Below, one piece after another: positions 51,064-63,704 of a DNA stretch of 64,000 bases. Origin of the DNA: Takakia lepidozioides. Taxonomy: Eukaryota; Plantae; Bryophyta. Below the pieces are notes generated by a model that was given only the letters and a program-made list of their open reading frames with translations, was not told where the DNA came from and ran no database searches. Each line of letters begins with the position of its first letter. The first letter of the stretch is position 1. The stretch lies in assembly GCA_030704615.1 (NCBI GenBank), contig CM060733.1, positions 22,878,001 through 22,942,000 on the forward strand. Direction: 5' to 3'. The position numbers and the translations under genes are program-made.

Positions 51064-52013
51064 ACCTCTCAGAAAAATGTGGGCAAAGAAGGAGGAGGAC
51101 GGCCGGCTGACCGTAAGAAACTGGTGGGAGGTTCAACGAACCATCCATGATATTGTCCTCACGATCTCTTTCGTGATCTATATGATTGCATAAACCTCAA
51201 TTGACATAGTAGCAGTTGCCTGAATCAAGTGAAGAAGAACCGAAAAGCACCAACTTGGCTGTCACTGCTATCATGGGACTTAGAATACATGGCCTGCAGT
51301 TCTTGAGAGGGCCATTCAAATGCAGACAGCTCTCGATTCGTGAGTTGTACTGCAGTCTTCTTGGAGACAAATGTTTGTGTTGTATGAGACAACTGTTGAT
51401 TCAGGACATTCATTGCCAGATCCGCTTCACAGAGCAAGTGACAGCTAGAATCTCTGTACTCTTCGACAGTGGAATAGCTTCCCTCAATGACAGCATCATT
51501 TTTAACAATCATGCTGTTCTTTCTCTCGAATATCTCAGAAGGTGTTAGCTGACGTGATCGCTTGGATATTCTCTCCATGCTGTGGCCATCATACACATGT
51601 CAGCTACATATTACAGAGTTCCAAGATCGTGTTTCATAGGACGTCACCCAATTAATATTAATGAACCGGCTTGGCAAAAGGAGAATGAATCCATTGCGCA
51701 GGTTTCAAATTTCAACATCTTTCCTATGCACAGGTCAACTCATCTTTCCACTGCATGACTAGGTTGGGCGACAATAGTGGAACCAAATCAACCAATTCCT
51801 AACTTGGCTAGAACACAGAGGCCATAAACCATACCATTCTTCATACAACCTTGCCATCATGTGAACTTCCGGCTTCGAACTAAACGCAGGGCGCACCAAG
51901 CGCCTCTCAATGTCTCGGATCTTGTCATACGGGTTCCCCAAGTACGCGCCATGTTGACAGCCCTGTTCCTCCTTGCTTTCACTTGGAACGTCCATTCCTG
52001 AGCCGTTAGACAA
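51064..52013 (-). other. Possible decayed coding exons of an unidentified gene
   Basis: Protein-like ORFs 51759-52013 and 51225-51596 with candidate GT donors. No recognisable domain. Confidence 0.2.
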
Positions 52014-52176
52014 TCCAGATCTACTACTACCTACAGCAACTGCTCATGCCCGTCCTCGTCTTACGAATCAACGCATTACGAAAACTGCGTATCCCTCTAG
52101 CAGAGACATGAAAGACATTCGTTGACAGCAGTGGGTGCCAATCTCAGCATGGGACTGCCTATTTACTACTGACATC

Positions 52177-53605
52177 TGTTGGAGATGGAGATCCCCAGCA
52201 TGGTCAAGTAGGATTAACTCTTAGATACTACTCTTAGATACTACTAGGTTTAATATTTATCACGTAAGTTAGCAGTTACACATAGAAGCCACCCTGCGTA
52301 GTGGTGAGCCCCGTTAAGCTTAGCGATCTATGATGACCACCACACTTAGTTGCTGCCCCACTCTATGCAGGCTTGACCATCCCAGGGAGAAACTTTACTT
52401 CCCTGCATAGCTGTTTAGAGCTTTAGAGCTTCAGTATATAGTGAGCTCTTAGAAAGTTGGAAGTCAAACCTTTTGACATTAACCTTTCCTTACTTGATCC
52501 ACTTTATTGTATTAGAGCAGGTTAATAGTGTGACCCTTTGCTGAACATTAGGACTTCGGATAGCACCTTTGCTAGGTGACAGTAACAACATTGTAACTCC
52601 GTATATTTTGTGAGATGGCCCCCTGGGAATCAGAGGTCTCAAAGCTAGGCGGACTTTCCAACTACAATACCTAGAAGTTCCTTGTTTCCAACTTGTTACA
52701 AAGGGATGAACTGATAGACATCGTAGAGCCCCATGCCGAGGGAAAATTCCAAGAGGGGAAAGGAGAGTCCACCGCTGACTACGAACGTAGGCGAAAGAAA
52801 GCATTGGCGATAAGCAGTCTCTCTGTGCGAGATGAAATTATTCCACACATCGCAGGGATCACAGATCCAGCGCTCATGTGGCAGACTTTGAAGACCCTGT
52901 ATGAGCAGAAAAGCGGAGCACGTAGTCTATTGCTCAAGAGCCGCCTCACCAACATTCGATTGGAAAATGGCGGATCGGTGACAGAGTTCATCAAGCAGCT
53001 CAAAGAGATTATCGACCAGCTAGCCAACATCGGAGAACCTGTCCGTGAAGAGGACCTGGTGTAGTAGATTCTGAATTCTCTACCTGAGAGCTTGGAATCA
53101 CTGGCATGCACCTTGATCTACCGACCTGAACTTCCACCGCTCAATGAATTGATTGGTATTCTTCTATTGGACGAAGCCAAACGAGAAATTCGGGAGGCTC
53201 GTGGGAAAAAAACTGACCCTGAGGCTTTGCTGATCAAGTCTAAATAGAAGAGCCAGCCCACCGACAATAAATATCGGAAGGGGGCCACTGTCAAGCGTGA
53301 GGGGAGCTGCACCTTCTGCGGCAAACCTGATCATTGGATGCGCAATTGCGTTGAATTGAGATCGATAATTTTCAGGAGTGCAATGATGCTCCCACTAACA
53401 ATCTGGCTGCAGATATCCTCGAGCTCAACGTAGCTTAGTACCGCGATGCACATCTGATTGGTATGTGGATAGCGGGGCCACTAAGCATGTCTCGGGCAAT
53501 GACAGTCTTCTATCCAATATCAAAAAGGGAGAAGGAAAATCCAAGGTCAAAACTGCTGGAGGCCTGTACCACCAAATAGACGGGAAAGACAATATTGTGA
53601 TTCAT
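52177..53605 (+). mobile_element. Ty1/copia 5' half: 5' LTR (52177-52506), degenerate Met PBS (52507-52518), gag and N-terminal protease
   Basis: LTR starts TGTTGGAGATGG. PBS TTGTATTAGAGC resembles TGGTATCAGAGC. Gag NYNT*KFLV..LL...MWQTLKTLYE, zinc knuckle CTFCGKPDHWMRNC, protease WYVDSGATKHVSG. Several stops. Confidence 0.88.
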
Positions 53606-53724
53606 GTCAAGAATGATGCCGACGATGTTGCAAACGAATTGATTTGAATTGAATTTCCATGACAATGTTGCAATTTTGACATTTTATAGCATGGTTGTCC
53701 ACATCCCACATTGCATAGTTGATG

Positions 53725-54657
53725 CTACCTATGTGTTGTATCCCGCTGCAATAGAGTATCGACCTCGTTGAAACTTAGAGTGGCCTGGTGAACGAAGTTG
53801 TCACGTTTGGGATCGCAAACCATCCTCTTCAAAAATATGAAATACAAATGTTTGCAGAGTATGAATTTACCTCTCTTGCCCAAACTGGTTGATAGCATAT
53901 TCACAAAATCAGGACATGTGCAATTGGGGAAATTGGAAACCGTGATGTCATAGGCCCTGTCATGAACAACAGATGTCGAAGTGATCATTGTGTACACCCG
54001 ACCATATCCGGGATCGGGCATTTCCGTGGTGCTTGCAACACGAGCTTGGAGCATTCTTGTGGACTCCACTTTGCCAAAGTGTTCAGCGGTTGGAGGGAAA
54101 TGCCGAACGAGCTTTCCATCTCGTTTGGTTGGCCACAAGTGAGGAGTTGCCAAAGGTACCCGAGGACGCAGAAGTAGTAGCACATGCATGCAGTTGGGGT
54201 TGTCTCGCAAGGGAAAAGTCTATCTCCTCCAGCATTGCAATATCCTGACTTGTGAGATGTGTTCCCACCTTGACGGGCCAAACGGTTGGAGGAGCTGGCT
54301 TCATCACCACGGAATGACGCACAGTTCCATGCACACATCTGCCACAATCATCTGCGCAGAACCAGAACTTGTGGTTCTTGGCTTCTCGTTGACCATATGG
54401 ACGCATCAAACCTGTGAAAGTCGGAGCAGGAGTCCGGGCACCATCTCTAGATATAGATGAAGTGCACTTCTCGAAATTAGTTGCATGCCCTGTACATTTC
54501 ATACGAGACCCTGCACTTGTGCGTTCTATGTGTCAAACGTGGTCCGGGCATGCGGACTCAAGCACATCAAGGGGGTTGTTTCTCTCCTGCACCATTTCAG
54601 TGGCACTATTTGATGCTGGAGCCTGCCGTCGCCGGAGGAAGCCATCTTCCCTCCTCT
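53725..54657 (-). pseudogene. SWIM zinc-finger protein with additional Cys cluster (transposon-associated type), N-terminally truncated and frameshifted
   Basis: YDITVSNFPNCTCPDF...ILCKHLYFIF is the SWIM CxC-xn-CxH motif. Upstream are VLESACPDHV*HIER...KCTG...KC...FWFCADDCGRCV...VWPVKVGT. One stop and one frameshift. Confidence 0.75.
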
Positions 54658-55962
54658 AGTACGAAGATGCCTTGCTATCGCAGCTCTTCAGTGAAATCTG
54701 TTGACTAAGGTCTCCAGTACACTGTTCAAGAATGAGCAGAGAATATCGCGGAGAAAGCTCACACGATGATTGTGCACATTCTGTTATTCCTTCCAGACAT
54801 GCAGCCGTCCATTTTAAAAAAAAAAATTGTGGGCCCTGTATACAGAGTATCCCTAGGAGCAATTTCGGTAGCTGTTAAACCTTTATTCAGAACTTCATCA
54901 ATAAACATAATAACCAGCCGACTTCTCTGAAGTGTGCCAAAGGATGTGAGGGTGGGATAGATGAAGTAAATGCATCTTTATACTAGTACCAATGATCATG
55001 CGTACCTGGAAAGTCCAAACTGTGAAACGTACATGGGGTTGGATTACAAGGATGAATGTGTATGATATCCAAAAATATGTCATCAAACACTCGTTCATTT
55101 ACATTTATTTGTCTGAGATTGTGCGCCAGATGGCCCCATATATTTTATTCCATGGTGGCAAGGTTCTGATGGCATAGGCATTTTGGTTTAGGCTGAGCAA
55201 TCGTTGTTTATATGCAATGTGGTATTCATTTATATTGTATGTCGCTGTTATTTTCAATTATTGAAACCGTTCAAATAAACGACACGCCGTTCATTTTGGG
55301 CGACACACGTCAGACATCGATTATTACATTGCAGACGAACAACTGTCCACTAATGGCTGGCTGGTGTACTAATAAGGGAGCGACATTTGTGTAACGGTCA
55401 TGCGACAGGGAATCCGATGCTTCTAGAGGCATCCCCAACGCACGCACGCAACTCACTTTGTCTTTCAAGTTTCCGCACTTAGAGGGAGAGAGGTAGTCAA
55501 GCTGGAGAGGGTTTCTTCTACGATTCGAAAGAGAAGGAAGTCACTCTATTTTACTTCCCTTAGAGAGAGACTCAGAGCAAGAGAGCAAATGACGAGGAGT
55601 CGCTTGATGGAGAACACAGGGCCAAGGCAGCAGGTGAACGCGGAGACTGCAACACAAGAGCAGACCGAGAATGAGGCTGCAGCTGTCACATAGTCAAAGA
55701 GAACAGTGAGCGTTGGAAACCAAACTGTGGAAGCAGAGCTAATTCGCGGGGAAACTGAAGGAGGTGGAAGTCCGGGGAACGCTGATCCGGGAGAAGGTCT
55801 ACAAACCCTAGAGCAGACAGAAATTCCAGCAAATGAGAAAGGGAAGAGGAAAGCTGCAGAAGGGGATCCAAATTCAAAACCTAAGAAGGCGCCAGTAAGT
55901 GTTCTCTACCTTCCATTTCCTGTTTAAAGATCTACGAAGAGAGTGAGTGCAATGTCGTAGAA

Positions 55963-56497
55963 AGTGATGGTCGGTACCGACCATCACTATGAAGCCATGT
56001 TGAATTGCTTTGTACTCCTCTGTTTATGGTTTCCACACCAGCAGTTTGTGATTGGTGGTACCGCCATTCACTATGAAGCCATCTTGATTTTCTTTGTACT
56101 CCTCTGTTTATGGTTTTCCACACCAGCAGTTTGTGACTGGTGGTACCGCCATTCACTATGAAGCCATGTTGATTTGCTTTGTACTCCTCTATTTATGGTT
56201 TTCCACACCACCAATTTGCGACTGGTGGTACCGCCATTCACTATGAAGCCATGTTGATTTGCTTTGTACTCCTCTGTTTATGGTTTTCCACACCAGCAGT
56301 TTGTGACTGGTGGTACCGCCATTCACTACGAAGCCATGTTGATTTGCTTTGTACTCCTCTGTTTATGGTTTTCCACACCTGCAGTTTGTGACTGTCGGTA
56401 CCGCCATTCACTATGAAGCCGCGTTGATTTGCTTTGTACTCCTCTGTTTATGGTTTTCCACAACAACAGTTTGTGACTGGCGGTACCGCCATTCACT
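55963..56497. repeat. 85-bp tandem array (6 units + 7th core) built on a 26-bp palindrome
   Basis: GGTACC centres at 55973, 56057, 56142, 56227, 56312, 56397 and 56482. The first core AGTGATGGTCGGTACCGACCATCACT (55963-55988) is a perfect palindrome. Confidence 0.93.
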
Positions 56498-59400
56498 GTT
56501 CTTCAGATCGTAGAGTTAGTCTGATTGCCTTTCAAACACTCCTTCTCTTTCATTCTGTAGCAGGAACATGTGATTGTCGGCATTTGATTCTAGTGTAGTG
56601 CGATTGTCATTAACGCCCATTCGATTCTCCTCATGAGCTTTATGTACCTGTGTGCGTGGAGGTAGAGTGATGGTCGGCATATTCAGTTAGTTAGTCTTGC
56701 ATTGCATTTTCTATGTTTCAGGTTGAACAGATTAGGGAAGTGGAATGGCGGTACCGCCAATCACTTTTTTGGTGACCATACTGTAGATTCATGTAGAGTA
56801 TCGATTGGAAAGTACGTTGGAGATAGACAAGAAACAGTGATTGTTTGTGACGATCATCACAATGGAGTCTCTCTGACTTATCTGCACTCAATTTCTGCCC
56901 TAAACTAGACTGAGTGTCGGTGCCGCCAATCACTTAGACATATATTTCATTGCACCAAACCGATCCAACAGGTCCTTCAAATGCAATGTTTTTTTATTGT
57001 CGTTAACGCCGTTCGCTAATGCTCAGAACCTCAGTGTACATGTTTGCCCAGAAACATAGTGATTGTCGGTACCGACCATCACTATGTAGTCATATTGTTT
57101 TGGTTTGCATTCGTCTGGATCAGCTTTGGTTTTGTAGATTGTTGTGAATGTCGGTGCCGCCATTCATTGTGATTAAAGAGGAGACAGAGTGATGGTCGGT
57201 ACGGACGTTCACTATTTGCACATTATTCACTGACAGATTGGAATGGCATCGTGCAGAAAACTGTGAAGTCCAAGCAGACAGGAACAGAGGCAAAAGGTTC
57301 TGGAGATGGGGACGAGTCTGGCAAGAGCTCTGAGAATAGCGATGAAGCACATGAACCTAAAGTGCACTACCTTGACAAGGTGAAAGAACTCATGTCATTC
57401 CAGAAGGTAAACTCTCAGGAGGTTATTAGGGACATGCTCGTCTCTGGAGGGCGTCAGGACATCCCACTATGCCGGATGATATCTATGTCTATTGTGCGTC
57501 CCCCTCTTTCCCATGACATAACAAAATTGGAAACTGATGCACAAGTTTTTTATGTGTCACTGACAGATACAAATGGGAAAAGCACATTAGTGTCTCCTGA
57601 GATCAGAGATACCTGGGATGAGTGCTGGAAGGATGTTAATGAGGAGTTCGAGCTGGGCCTCAAGATGGGAAGAAACACCGAGCAATTCTGCAACCACATA
57701 TCTACGTCTGGGACGGCAACCACCGATTGCTGGCATGGATGGGATACATTCAGAAACATCATGCGAAAGAGAAAGACAAGCATGTTGCTGTAGAGGCAAT
57801 GGTTTTGGATCCTGGAAAAGACATCGCTAGGCTTCTTACAGCTATGCACGACGTAAACAAGTAAGTCATCCTAGAGACTCCATTGCCTCTCCAATGTCTT
57901 GTTAATCCCACCGAAAAATGATGTTTACCAATGCATTGTTTCCAATCTTATTATAGATCGACAGAGAAATCGCATGTGACAACAAGCTTGGTCCACACAC
58001 TGTTCCGAATTCAGAGGATTGGTCTGATGAAGCTAGATGATTTTTGCACAGTACTCCACCCCGATATAATCAAGAAGTGCGTAATAGGAAGAGTTGCAGG
58101 CACTTGGTATTTTTTGACTTCGAGAGACGTTTTTGGAGTACATATATGCGGTAAGGCCGAGCCTGTACTCACTTGTCTTTCTGAATACATGTTTGTATTT
58201 CGTTTTGTACTCATCCTTATTTTGATCAATGCAGCAAGAGCTGGCAGAGGCAGCTGAGAAGGGGAAATCCGAATAGTACCGCACTACAACAGAGGAACGT
58301 AGGACATCAAAGGGTGTGGAAGCAGCAATAAAGAGGGAGTATGAAATCTGCAGAACCAAACTGATGTCCGCCTTCGGAAAGCAGCTTAGAATAGTAAATC
58401 CTAGCCTTGGTGCTGAGTTCCTTCTGCAGATCAAATCTCACTATGACAAGCATGTGCACCCAGAGATGCAGCAGGAGAAATTGCACCGGCGGGCCATCTC
58501 CATGGTTGACCCCCAAACCAAAATAAGGTGGCTGGAGATTTGGAACTCAGATCACACAGTGAAGGACTTGAATCAGTTCCCAAAGAGCACTATACAACTT
58601 GGCACAAAGGTGGAAGGAATCAATGACATTGTGTTTGACAACTGGCTTCACAAGGCTACATTTTGGAGTCAGGTATGTATTCAAAGAAATTCCATTTTTG
58701 TTGACTTCATGAATGTGATGAGTACCTTATTTGCAAAACTGACAAATGTACCATTTGCAGCTGGAGAAGCGCGCCACCATTGTGCTCGAGCAGACTTTGA
58801 AGGACTTGAACATTTCAATTGTTTCCCCGCCTCAAATGATATTGGAGGCATACATAAGGAAGTGGAGAGGTCTCACCTGGAGATACTGTTTTTTCGGAGA
58901 GTTCTCCAAGGACGGTAACATTTTGCGGTCCAACGACTTTGACAGTCAGGTTGGGGGAGAGTAGGCCATGATGCGAGTTGTCTACAGGTGCAATGTCCTA
59001 CTGAGAAATTTTTAGACTTTGTTAGCATTGTAATCACAGATCCAAAATGAATGTCGGTGCTGACATTCACTTCTATGTCTGTGTCCTTCCAAACCTAGAG
59101 ATTGCATTCACCTGGATTAGCAACTTAGTGTGTGCTTGCAGTGTCCTTGAATGGAATTTTGTGAATGGCGTTGACGACATTCACATCCAGAGCTGTTGTG
59201 AGCTCCAGAGATTTTTTGTACATTTTGTATGTTCCATTGACATTTTGGTGAGTGTTCCTCACTCGAGGTTTTTGAATGTCGTTGCCGATATTCACTTTCC
59301 TTGCAATGTTGTTGCCTCTTGTGACGAGTCTGTTTTCGACAGCCCCCTTTCCAATTTTCTGCTTCATGTGTATGCCAAAGCAATGGCACTTCATGCGGCC

Positions 59401-59654
59401 GAGTCTCTATCCCCTGACTTTTTATTGCCCGGCCGTAGGTGTAGCCAGCGTAGATCCGGAGTTCTTCAATACTTAGACTTAGATGCACAGGACACGGGGA
59501 TACATTGTACTGACTCTGAGTCAGACTGAACTTTGTTCTTTTAATGTTTTGTTTCATCCTCTTCGGAAAACATTGAATCCCCTTACTCCACTGTAGTTGT
59601 TCCGGCAGAAAAAAAAAAAAATCAAAGAATCCACTTTCATTAAAATGGCAATAT

Positions 59655-60015
59655 GTATGAATCCATCCCACAAACCCCACTCACTCTTGTCATATCCATT
59701 GTGCATTCATCTACTGTGCATTCATCCGTGCTCCATTCGTGAATGTTTTCCTTTATTAAACATCAAGTATACATTCATCCACTGTACTCTGTAATCCACC
59801 CCACAAACCTACCACACTCATGTCATATACATTGTGCATTCATCTACAGAGTATTCATGCATCCTCCAGTCATGAATGTTTTCCATTATTCAACATCCAT
59901 TATACATTCATCCATTTTACTATTACCCATCCCACATTCATCCATCTACTTTCATTTTTCGCACTCATCCATCTGTTTATCATCCACTCTACATTCATCC
60001 ATCCTTCATTCATCT
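59655..60015. repeat. CATTCATCC-rich low-complexity intron with ~133-bp degenerate duplication
   Basis: Repeated (C)ATTCATCC(A) words. aatcca(t/c)cccacaaacc...cattgtgcattcatctac occurs at ~59660 and ~59793. Confidence 0.65.
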
Positions 60016-60141
60016 GTTGCTTTCAGGTGGGATTGACCACGTCCTTTTATTATGTCATCCAGCTTGTTTCCGCGGTGAAGGGTGCTCTTCCACGGGAATA
60101 CACTCCACTTCTTCCTTGGCGCGTGGTGACGGGGCCTTCAA

Positions 60142-63100
60142 GCGCGATGACGTGGAATGAGCCCTGTGATGTGGCGTTGGCGCAAGGTGACATGGCGTGA
60201 GCGCAGTTGCGCTCACGCGACCAAGCTCATGCCGAGGCATCCCTGCTAAGAGTATCATCTAAGAGTTAATCCTACTTGACCATGTTGTGGATCTCCATCT
60301 TCAACACCTCCCCTCGAACTTTAGAAGCTTAACAGCCCGCTACAACTTCAAAGTGAGTATAAAGTCAACGATGGTGTTCTCCAAAATAAATCTGCTCAGC
60401 GTTCAGAGAGTGGAGTATTTAGCCATCGGAGAAACATTATGCTGCGATTTGTGGACAAGTTTCCTCCTTTCAGACCCAAACAGCCACCAAGAAACAGACT
60501 CCCTCAGAAATCAATAGTTCGCACCAAGCTAAGTTCATCTCGAAGCTTTTCGAAGAGGGTCCGATCCAATGGCTTAGTAAGAATGTCCGCCAGTTGATCT
60601 CTGGATGGAACCTGATTGATTTTCAACTCTCCTCCTGTGACTTTTTCCCTAATAAAATGGTGACGGATTTCTATGTGCTTCGTTTTGTCGTGAAAGACTG
60701 GATTTTCTGACAGCTTGATTGCACTTTGATTGTCACACATCATCTGCGTGGGTTCTTTCTCATCGAGGAATTGTAGTTGTGAAAGAAGCCTTCTGAACCA
60801 CACCACCTCCTTAGCACCACTAGTCATAGCCATGTACTCAGCTTCTGTCGAAGACAGAGCCGTGCATGGTTGTTTCCTACTTCTCCAAGAGATGGGACTT
60901 GAACCTAGTATGAACAGATATCATGTGGTGGACTTCCGATCGTTGAGGTTGCCGGCCCAGTCTGCATCTGAGTATCCAGTGAGGATGCTTGCCTCCCCTC
61001 GCTGGTAACAAATCCCCAAATCCACAGTACCTTTGATATATCTAAATAGATGTTTGATGGCGTCCATGTGTGGGGTTTGAGGCTGGTTGGAGAATCTGCT
61101 CACCATGTTCACGGCGAAAGAGATGTCCGGCCGTGTTTGAGTAAGAAAGTTTAACTTCCCAACCATTCGTTGATAGAGTTGGGTGTCCACCGGTGGTGCT
61201 CCCATGTCGATATTGAGTTTGAGCCCTGGGAGCATGGGCGTGACTGCTGCGTTGCATTGCCCATATCCAAATTCTTCCAGCATTTGGGCCGCGTAGCCCC
61301 TTTGAGTCACAATGATCCCTTCAGGTTGAGAGAAATACTCAAGCCCAAGAGAGTGCTTGATCAGACCCATGTCTGTCATCTCAAAGCGTTTCTTGATCTC
61401 TGATCTTATCCATTGCAGCTTGTTGTCATGGTTACCAGTAAGATAAACATCATCTACATACAGCATGAGTAGGACAATTTTGTCTCCTTTTCTGAAGTAA
61501 TATAAGTTTCCATCCGAGTTCGTGCGCTTCAATCCTTGTTCTTGAAGGTAATTGTCTATTTTGGTGTACCAAGCACGCGGTGCATGACAAAGACCATACA
61601 AGGCCTTACGCAACTTGCAAACCTTGCTCTCTTTCCCCTTAGCCTCGAAGCCTTCAGGTTGCTGGATAAACACTTCCTCTGTCAATTCACCGTTTAAGAA
61701 AGCAATTTTGACATCTAAGTGAAATATAGGCCAACCATTCTGACCTGCTAGTGCTGTAACAGCTCGCAAGGTGTTGTATTTGGCCACCGTAGGTCTCGTC
61801 AAAATCCTCCTCTGCTCGTTGTTGGAAACCACGAGCCACCAAACGCGCCTTCAATTTGGCAGTGGTTCCATCAGCATGTGTTTTGACTTTATAGATCCAT
61901 TTGGTGATAATGGGTTGTCTACTGGGGGGCAGATCTTCAAGAGTCCATGTCTCGTTCTTGTGAATTGAGGCCATTTCCTCTTCCATGGCGTCGACCCATC
62001 CTGGGTGTCGAGATGCTTTGGCATAGGTGGTGGGTTCTAGGACAGCTTCAGACAAACCCACCACGAAATCATGGAATCGTCTTGGAGGGTGAATGGCTCG
62101 GCCAGTGCGTGTATATACACCTTCTTGTATTGGTGGAACTGCCTCTAGTTGCCCATGCATACATGAAGAGTATCTGAGTTTGGGTCATGCAATCCTTCGA
62201 ACAAGTTGTCATCAGTACCTTCAGGTGGTTCTTGGACTGGTGAAGGCTCCAAAAAATCAGGAGACTCTTGTTGTGGGAGCTCCCGCCGTGGTCCGTCCGG
62301 CTGGCTATCGGCTGGCCACGAGAAATGAATGTTGTGATCTTCAAGTGGTTGTCTATTAGCAGCAGCTAGGACATAGTGCATGTGATCCTCATCAAAAACA
62401 ACATCCTTAGAGATCATTATCTTGCTCATCCATGGACAAAAGCATCTATAGCCCTTGGTGCTAGTGTCATAACCCAAAAGTACACACCTCATGGATTTTG
62501 GTGACCATTTGGTCCGGTGAGAGTTGATGTGGACAAAGCATACACAGCCGAACACTCGCAAGTGTTTGACATCAGGCGGGGCTCCAAATAATTTTTGGTG
62601 TGGTGTGATGCCATTGTTCGCCCTGGTAGGAGACATATTGACAAGATAATTTGCCGTGCTGACAGTCTCTGCCCAAAGACGTGCTGGAAGATGGGCCCCG
62701 AAGGCCAAGCTCCTAGCTCGCTCTATCAGAGTTCGGTTCTTCCTCTCTGCGATCCCATTTTGATGCGGGGTGTTAGATTGGGTGAACTGTCGTGTTATGC
62801 CATGATCTGCACAAAAATTTGAGAATGCAGTCGAGCAATATTCCCCACCTTTGTCTGATCGGAACACTTTGATAGTACGTCCAAACTGTTTCTCAACTCT
62901 GGACTTAAATTGCTTGAACAAGATGAAGGTGTCACTTTTTTTCCGAAGGAAGAAGACCCAACAGTACCGACTATAGTCGTCTCTAAATGTAAGAACATAC
63001 AAAGCTCCAGAGAGAGAGGGTGTGGACAGTGGTCCACAGAGATCAGTGTGGATCATATCAAGAGGCGATGAACTCCTGTGAAGACTCTTCTTTGGAGCTT

Positions 63101-63409
63101 TCTCCCGACTTTGCTTTCCAAGCTCGCACAAGCATGACAGGCATCGTGGCTCATGGATAGATTTTGAGGAAGATTGACGGCAAGACCTTTCTGTGATAAG
63201 AAATTCAAACTCCTGTGATTCAAGTGGCCCATCCGGTGATGCCAGATCCGTGTGAGGTCTGTGCTACTTTCCACTGTGCCTACGAATAATTCATTCAACA
63301 CCGATAGTTTGTAAAGGCCATTCGATAGATCACGAATTCCTTTACCGAGTACCTCAAGGCCAGCATTCAGCAAGAAAACATTCTTGTCTTTTATAAGCAC
63401 ATGCATCAT
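60142..63409 (-). mobile_element. Ty1/copia 3' half: protease end/GAG-pre-integrase, integrase, RT, RNase H, PPT (60307-60319) and start of 3' LTR (60306 leftward)
   Basis: WHHRMGH..CHAC; HTDLCGP; RSDKGGEY; PHQNGIAERKNR; KARLVARGF; LDVKIAFLNG; YVDD; GYSDADWAG; CDNQSAI; QLADILTKPL. The LTR start TGTTGAAGATGGAGATCCACAACATGGTCAAGTAGG matches 52177. Confidence 0.95.
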
Positions 63410-63704
63410 TGCACTGTTCGAACTCTACATGTCTTCCTGTCGCTATGCACTGCAATCATCTTTTGAAGATGATCCTAACTCTCATTGTTATTTGGGGAGG
63501 GACTCTGGTCTTCTCGTGGCAGCCTCTATGGCGCACACTTTGTGAGGATATTTTCTCGTCCTCGTAATTGTAAAAGTGAAAGAAACATTTGTAATTGCAC
63601 AATGTTGGATGCTACAATTGTAGGCCTCATGGTAGTCTTGATTGTATTCAGCCAAGGATTCCCTGCATTAATCCCACGGTCATAGGACCATCCTCGATTA
63701 TAGG

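Larger units (their letters stand above)
55589..60135 (+). pseudogene. Multi-exon gene with ParB/Sulfiredoxin-like domain; exons ~55589-55894, 57257-57860, 57957-58150, 58235-58672, 58761-58949, (~59370-59520), 60027-60135; truncated
   Basis: Clear GT-AG introns. DIPLCRMISMSIVRP...ITKLE...FYV, then after a frameshift at ~57700, YVWDGNHRLLAW (57703-57738), the ParB/Srx GxxR motif. In-frame TAGs at 55691 and 58274. Confidence 0.7.

Noticed and set aside
55963-57215. CRISPR array (palindromic repeats with spacers)
   Set aside because: It sits in a eukaryotic intron with no cas genes. The first six spacers are near-identical and the later repeats are degenerate with irregular spacing. Kept as a palindrome array instead.
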